This document shows positions 58,965 to 64,000 of a stretch of 64,000 nucleotides of DNA, in pieces. The position numbers were made by a program, and so were the translations under genes. Source of the DNA: a virus. The stretch is from the IMG/VR virus record IMGVR_UViG_3300020185_000011, one strand, 5' to 3'. Each line of letters starts with the position of its first letter. Within the stretch, counting starts at the first letter, position 1. The notes beneath the pieces are model-generated. The model was given only the letters and a program-made list of their open reading frames with translations. It was not told the origin of the DNA and did not search any database.

Positions 58965-60031
58965 AGATAGCGATATTAAATGATACCCATTGTGGTGTCC
59001 GTTCAGATATGGTTGAAATGTCCAAGTATCAAGGACGTTTCTATGAAGAGATATTCTTTCCATATCTAGATGAGCATAACATCAAACAGATTATCCATAT
59101 GGGTGATTACTTTGATAGACGTAAGTATGTCAACTTTGCATCGATGAAAGCAAACATCGAACACTTTGTTGAGCCTATGAATGAAAGGGGAATCAAGATG
59201 GACTTGATTCTAGGTAACCATGATACATATTATAAAAACACGAATGATGTTAACTCACCCGAGTTATTATTATACAATCAACCTAACATTACCGTTCATG
59301 CCGACCCTATTGTAAAGGAGTATGATGATTTTCCTATTGCATTAGTTCCATGGATTAATCCCGAGAACTATGCTGACATGGTAGAGTTTATGCAGACAGC
59401 TCCAGCAACACACTGTATGGGTCACTTTGAAATAGAAGGTGCATTACTATTACCTAATATGACATGTCAACATGGACTAGACATATCTTATCTTAAGAGA
59501 TTCGAACAAGTCTACAGTGGTCATTTCCATCATAAATCAGAAGTAAAGAATGTAAGATACCTAGGTTCCCAAATGGAATTCACTTGGTCTGATTACAATG
59601 ATAAAAAGTATTTTCATATTTTTGATACAGAGACAAAAGAGATTACCCCAGTTCACAATCCTCTCACTATGTTTGAGAAAGGATATTATGACGATGGTAA
59701 GATAAAAGATTTTGATGAGTTACAAAACATGGACTACTCAAAATTCGACGGCAAGTTTGTAAAAATTATTGTTGTTAACAAAGACAATCCGTATTGGTTT
59801 GATTCATTCCTTGATAAAGTACATGCATCTAATCCTTTACACGTTGCAGTTGTTGATGATAATAAACACATGGACTTCTTTGATGATGATGAAATCGAAG
59901 GAGTAGATGATACCCTAACCATATTATCCAAGTATGTTGATGGGTTGGAGATACAAGGTAAGAAAGAGAAGCTCGATGAGATAATGAAGAGCTTATATAA
60001 TGAAGCATTGGATGAACATACTTACTTATGA
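58961..60031 (+). CDS. gp47: Recombination endonuclease subunit gp47 (Mre11-like)
   Basis: DTH.G, GD.FDRR, GNHD, GHFE, SGHFH. Confidence 0.93.
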   Translation: MKIAILNDTHCGVRSDMVEMSKYQGRFYEEIFFPYLDEHNIKQIIHMGDYFDRRKYVNFASMKANIEHFVEPMNERGIKMDLILGNHDTYYKNTNDVNSPELLLYNQPNITVHADPIVKEYDDFPIALVPWINPENYADMVEFMQTAPATHCMGHFEIEGALLLPNMTCQHGLDISYLKRFEQVYSGHFHHKSEVKNVRYLGSQMEFTWSDYNDKKYFHIFDTETKEITPVHNPLTMFEKGYYDDGKIKDFDELQNMDYSKFDGKFVKIIVVNKDNPYWFDSFLDKVHASNPLHVAVVDDNKHMDFFDDDEIEGVDDTLTILSKYVDGLEIQGKKEKLDEIMKSLYNEALDEHTYL

Positions 60032-61743
60032 TAAATTTCAAAAAGGTGAGATGGAAGAATTTACTTTCATCGGGAAATAAATTTACTGAAATACAATTAG
60101 ACGGACATCAAACCACCCTTATTCTTGGTGACAATGGTGCTGGTAAATCCACACTATTAGATGCATTGTGTTTCGGATTATACGGACGTGGATTTCGGAA
60201 TCTAAAAAAAGAACTTCTTATTAATAGTATTAATGAGAAAGCTTTGGTAGTAGAAATAGAGTTCTCTATTGGTAAGAAAAGTTATAAAATTATCCGTGGC
60301 GCAAAACCAAACATCTTTGAATTGTATGTTGACGATATCCTAGTCAATCAAGATGCAACAGTGAGAGACTACCAAGACCATCTAGAGAAACATATACTTA
60401 AGATGTCTTATCGTTCATTTACACAGGTTGCAATATTGGGTTCTGCAAACTTCACACCTTTCATGCAACTCAGAGCAAAGGATAGAAGGAAGTTGGTAGA
60501 AGACTTACTGGATATCAACATTTTCACAACCATGATGCAACTTTTAAGAAAGAAGAAAGCTGCACATCAAATCGATTTGAAAGATACTCAACATCAAGTA
60601 GAGATTCTAGAAGAAAGACTCAATGGTCTGAACGAACAAGTCAAAGTCATGACAGAAAATCGAATGGCAAAGATTACACAGTTCGAAAAGAATGTAATAG
60701 ACACCAACATTAATATAGGTGAGCTAATGGATGTTATAGATACTAACAGTCAAGAGATTGATAAGATTCAATTAACAATTTCAGACAAGGATTCTATTTC
60801 TAAAAAGTTGAAAGACTTACAAGAAATGGAGAAACAACTTGAAACTGCAAGAAAGAAAGCACTTAAGGAAGTCGAATTCTATGAAGAGAATGATGAATGT
60901 CCAACATGTAAGCAAGGTTTAGATGAGGAACATAAGAAGGAACACCTCGAATCAAAGACTAAGAAGGCAACGGAGATTGCACATGCACTCCAACAAATTG
61001 AAGATGGAGTTACCGATGCATCAAAACGAATATCAGAAATCGGAGACATCCAATACGACATCGACAATATCCAGCGACAAATAGGATTACACCAAACCGA
61101 AATCCTATCCAATCAAAAATACATACAAAAAATTAACGGTGAAATCGAAGCACTAAAAATCGAATCCGATGGTGGTACAGATGTACATGAAAGAATAACC
61201 AAAGGTGAAGATGAGTTAGATGTTCTACACACTAAACACAAATCTTTAATAGACAAGACTCACTACTATGAGATTGCAACAATGCTTCTCAGAGACCAAG
61301 GTGTGAAGGAAAAGATTATTAAACAGTACGTTCCTATCATGAACAAGCTTATCAATAAGTACCTTGCACAATTAGAGTTCTATGTTGGATTTGAATTAGA
61401 TGAATCCTTTGATGAAACAATCAAGTCAAGATTCAGAGACGTATTCAAATACGAAAACTTTTCACAAGGTGAGAAGATGAGAATCGACCTTGCACTACTA
61501 TTCACATGGAGAAGTGTTGCAAGAATGAAGAACTCAGTAAACACCAACCTACTCATCCTAGACGAAGTCTTTGACTCATCTTTAGATGTTGCTGGTACAG
61601 ATGAATTTTTAAAGCTGTTAAACACCTTGACAGATGGAGTAAATGCATTTATTATTAGTCATAAGGGCGATACATTATATGATAAGTTCAGTAATGTATT
61701 GAGATTTGAGAAGTATAAAAACTTCTCTAGACTGGCAGATTAG
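60028..61743 (+). CDS. gp46: Recombination endonuclease subunit gp46 (Rad50-like)
   Basis: GDNGAGKST, CPTC hook, FSQGEKMRIDLA, LILDEVFD. Confidence 0.95.
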   Translation: MINFKKVRWKNLLSSGNKFTEIQLDGHQTTLILGDNGAGKSTLLDALCFGLYGRGFRNLKKELLINSINEKALVVEIEFSIGKKSYKIIRGAKPNIFELYVDDILVNQDATVRDYQDHLEKHILKMSYRSFTQVAILGSANFTPFMQLRAKDRRKLVEDLLDINIFTTMMQLLRKKKAAHQIDLKDTQHQVEILEERLNGLNEQVKVMTENRMAKITQFEKNVIDTNINIGELMDVIDTNSQEIDKIQLTISDKDSISKKLKDLQEMEKQLETARKKALKEVEFYEENDECPTCKQGLDEEHKKEHLESKTKKATEIAHALQQIEDGVTDASKRISEIGDIQYDIDNIQRQIGLHQTEILSNQKYIQKINGEIEALKIESDGGTDVHERITKGEDELDVLHTKHKSLIDKTHYYEIATMLLRDQGVKEKIIKQYVPIMNKLINKYLAQLEFYVGFELDESFDETIKSRFRDVFKYENFSQGEKMRIDLALLFTWRSVARMKNSVNTNLLILDEVFDSSLDVAGTDEFLKLLNTLTDGVNAFIISHKGDTLYDKFSNVLRFEKYKNFSRLAD

Positions 61744-61756
61744 GATAAATAGTATT

Positions 61757-63100
61757 ATGAAAACTTTCTCAGAACTACTCGACCCAAAACTAGAAGATAT
61801 CAAACTAGATATCCCTTCATTAAATGAAGCACTAGAAGTTAAAGACTTGCCTTCAGAAGTAATCGATGGTTTAACAATTGAGAAACATAAGAAATCTAAT
61901 AGTAAGACTACAGTTTTTGTTGTCAAGACACAAGACAGAGACGGTGATAGAGACGAGGTAGAAAAGAAGTTAAGGAATGCAGATATCACTGCAGAGGTGA
62001 AGGGAAGTTCCCTATCAAGTTTTGACCCTATCTTCATCCCATCATTGAATGGAGACCGTGCAATCATCATGTTTAAACCCAAGAGTGGTGGCATGAATGA
62101 GACAACACTAAACTCAAGTATCACAGAGTTGTTCCCTTGTATTGCATGGGAGAAAGGCTACAAACCTAGTTCAGTTTCATCATTCTATGAGTGGATACTT
62201 GAACAGAATGTAGATAAGTTAAAGTGTGTTGGTAGTTCAGACAAACAAGCTGCAAAAGACTTCATTGCACAGGCAGAAGACTCATCTAAGTTTCAAGAGA
62301 AAGTAGAGAATGCAATAGGTATTACAAAGTATATCTATGATGAAATGAAAGCGAAGTCAATCAAGAATGTTTTTTGGGGATACCGTGCAAAACCAGCTGG
62401 TGTTCCATCCAAACATCCAGGCGACATCTTCCTTCAGTTTACGGATGGTGCAATCTTAGGAACCTCTCTCAAAGCAGGTGGTAAGAAAACTTCTGAACCT
62501 AAACTCAACACATATGTTAACCCAATCTTTCAAGCATTTAAAGAAGGAAGCAATGTACCTAAGTTATCTCAGAAGTTACATAAAGAAGTATACTCTAAGA
62601 TTGAGGGTATGCCTTCTGCAAAAACATATGACAGTAAAGATAGAAAGATTACCCAACAAGTCCTAAAGGATTTTGATAAGAATAATAATGGTAAGTACGA
62701 ACAGTACTATAACGAACACTTAGAGATAGTCAGGCAAGCACTGATAGACCTATTCAATAAGAATGGTAAACAGGGTGGGAAAGCATTCGACTATATAAAG
62801 AAAGAGATTTTACGTGAAGCCCCAGGCGTACCAACTAAAGTAATTAAGGGTATCGGTTCCACGTATGAACAGGTTACAGATGATGATGAACTCGGAGTAT
62901 TTTTACCAGTAGTTAAGTTCATCAAAGCAGAAGCTTCAAAGTCATCAAAACAGAATTGGTTCCTACACCTTGCATCGAAAGATACAACGTACACCATGCA
63001 GATGTCAGTGAGAACTAACAAGGCAGGACATGCTGGACTTAAGAAACTCGGACAATTTTATAACCTTGCCGTAAAATATAACGGACTACTAAAGAAATAA
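61757..63100 (+). CDS. Hypothetical; possible PD-(D/E)xK nuclease-like internal virion protein
   Basis: Start reassigned to ATG 61757 after a late promoter; PGDIFLQF...GTSLK motif. Confidence 0.55.
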   Translation: MKTFSELLDPKLEDIKLDIPSLNEALEVKDLPSEVIDGLTIEKHKKSNSKTTVFVVKTQDRDGDRDEVEKKLRNADITAEVKGSSLSSFDPIFIPSLNGDRAIIMFKPKSGGMNETTLNSSITELFPCIAWEKGYKPSSVSSFYEWILEQNVDKLKCVGSSDKQAAKDFIAQAEDSSKFQEKVENAIGITKYIYDEMKAKSIKNVFWGYRAKPAGVPSKHPGDIFLQFTDGAILGTSLKAGGKKTSEPKLNTYVNPIFQAFKEGSNVPKLSQKLHKEVYSKIEGMPSAKTYDSKDRKITQQVLKDFDKNNNGKYEQYYNEHLEIVRQALIDLFNKNGKQGGKAFDYIKKEILREAPGVPTKVIKGIGSTYEQVTDDDELGVFLPVVKFIKAEASKSSKQNWFLHLASKDTTYTMQMSVRTNKAGHAGLKKLGQFYNLAVKYNGLLKK

Positions 63101-63102
63101 TT

Positions 63103-63720
63103 ATGTACCAATTGATAGAAGAAGCCTCAAAGGTGTTAAGAACACCACCCCTCGTATTTGATTTCGAAAATCGTACCGATGCTGAAGAGATTGAAAAATC
63201 TTTAACAGAAGCAATGGAAAAGTTTGGTGGAATCGGTCTAAGTGCAAACCAAGTAGGATTGGATGCAAGAGTTTTTGTAATGAAATCTCAAGACCAAGGG
63301 ATAGTTGCATTTTTTAATCCCGAAATAACAAAGGTATCACAAGAGACCGACTTGATGAAAGAAGGATGCTTATCGTTTCCCGATATATACCTTATGATAA
63401 AACGTGCAAAGTTGATTGAGTTGAAGTATCAGAACGCACAAGGTGAAGATAAAGTGGTCAGTCTAGAAGGTCTTGCCTCTAGATGTGTCCAACATGAAGT
63501 TGACCATCTAAATGGTATCATCTTCCTACAACGTGCATCTAAATTGAAGTTAGATAGAGCATTGAAGTCACGTCCCAAAGAACGTGCAAAGAGAATAGAA
63601 TATGAAAAACGACAAGCATTTGCAAAGTACATCCAAAACAGTGCTGCAGCCAATAGTGATTCCCAACCTTCTGAGTCAGAAGGACAGTCTGAATCTGATA
63701 AACTATCATCTACAGCATAA
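63103..63720 (+). CDS. def: Peptide deformylase
   Basis: GIGLSANQVG, EGCLSFP, QHEVDHLNG. Confidence 0.93.
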   Translation: MYQLIEEASKVLRTPPLVFDFENRTDAEEIEKSLTEAMEKFGGIGLSANQVGLDARVFVMKSQDQGIVAFFNPEITKVSQETDLMKEGCLSFPDIYLMIKRAKLIELKYQNAQGEDKVVSLEGLASRCVQHEVDHLNGIIFLQRASKLKLDRALKSRPKERAKRIEYEKRQAFAKYIQNSAAANSDSQPSESEGQSESDKLSSTA

Positions 63721-64000
63721 ACATTTAAGAACAGTTGGTGACGGTTCTGATTATCGTGCTATAGACTTTTGTCACATAAAGACTCCATGGGTTCGTGATA
63801 TCTTTAGACGTTCTGCACAGGTCTGTACATCCCACATCTTTAAAGAAACAGGACAACATTTCTATCCCGAAATGTTAGCACTCAATGAATGGGACATAGG
63901 TGGGGTTCAGAACCCACACTTTGATACCTATTCCAACTCAGAAATCAATGAGAATGCTGTTCCCGAAGAGGGAAACTCTAGGGAATGGACGTGTATTCTG
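63602..64000 (+). CDS. 2OG-Fe(II) oxygenase, 3' truncated (start 63602 or 63641)
   Basis: Open to the window end; IVIPNLLS, NEW..GG..NPHFD, REWTCIL. Confidence 0.7.
   Translation, partial: MKNDKHLQSTSKTVLQPIVIPNLLSQKDSLNLINYHLQHKHLRTVGDGSDYRAIDFCHIKTPWVRDIFRRSAQVCTSHIFKETGQHFYPEMLALNEWDIGGVQNPHFDTYSNSEINENAVPEEGNSREWTCIL

Noticed and set aside
17-63653. Numerous short minus-strand ORFs in the track
   Set aside because: They lie opposite clearly recognisable + strand T4-like genes and show no independent coding signal.

Overview
This window is the virion-structure and late region of an AT-rich T4-like myophage, probably marine or aquatic. Its gene order resembles cyanophage/pelagiphage myoviruses; the host cannot be determined from the sequence. 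All supported CDSs are on the + strand. The order is: baseplate (gp48, gp53, hub, gp5, gp25, gp6, gp7, gp8), a VrlC/DUF4815-like giant protein, a 15-kb fibre island, a glycosyltransferase/2OG-Fe(II) oxygenase cluster, neck/terminase/tail/head genes (gp13-gp23), gp3, uvsY, uvsW, gp55, gp47/46 and peptide deformylase. The main finding is two adjacent gene pairs in the fibre island (A/B 21918-24805, C/D 32029-34815) encoding Pro-punctuated repeat proteins. In each pair the second protein is a protein-level 'reverse complement' of the first. Cut at prolines, the 6/8/10-residue units match in length in reverse order (55/55 for C/D, 406 aa each; 43-44/44 for A/B, 336 aa each). P-x-T-Y units face PNIR/PVxA/PYPY units, with residue-level covariation. 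This suggests a sequence-encoded antiparallel heterodimeric zipper fibre with two distinct barcodes; the structural interpretation is inference. Secondary findings include a structured antisense ncRNA candidate behind gp23, systematic leaderless late genes, a five-gene micro-membrane-protein operon and a possible capsid-packaged nuclease.
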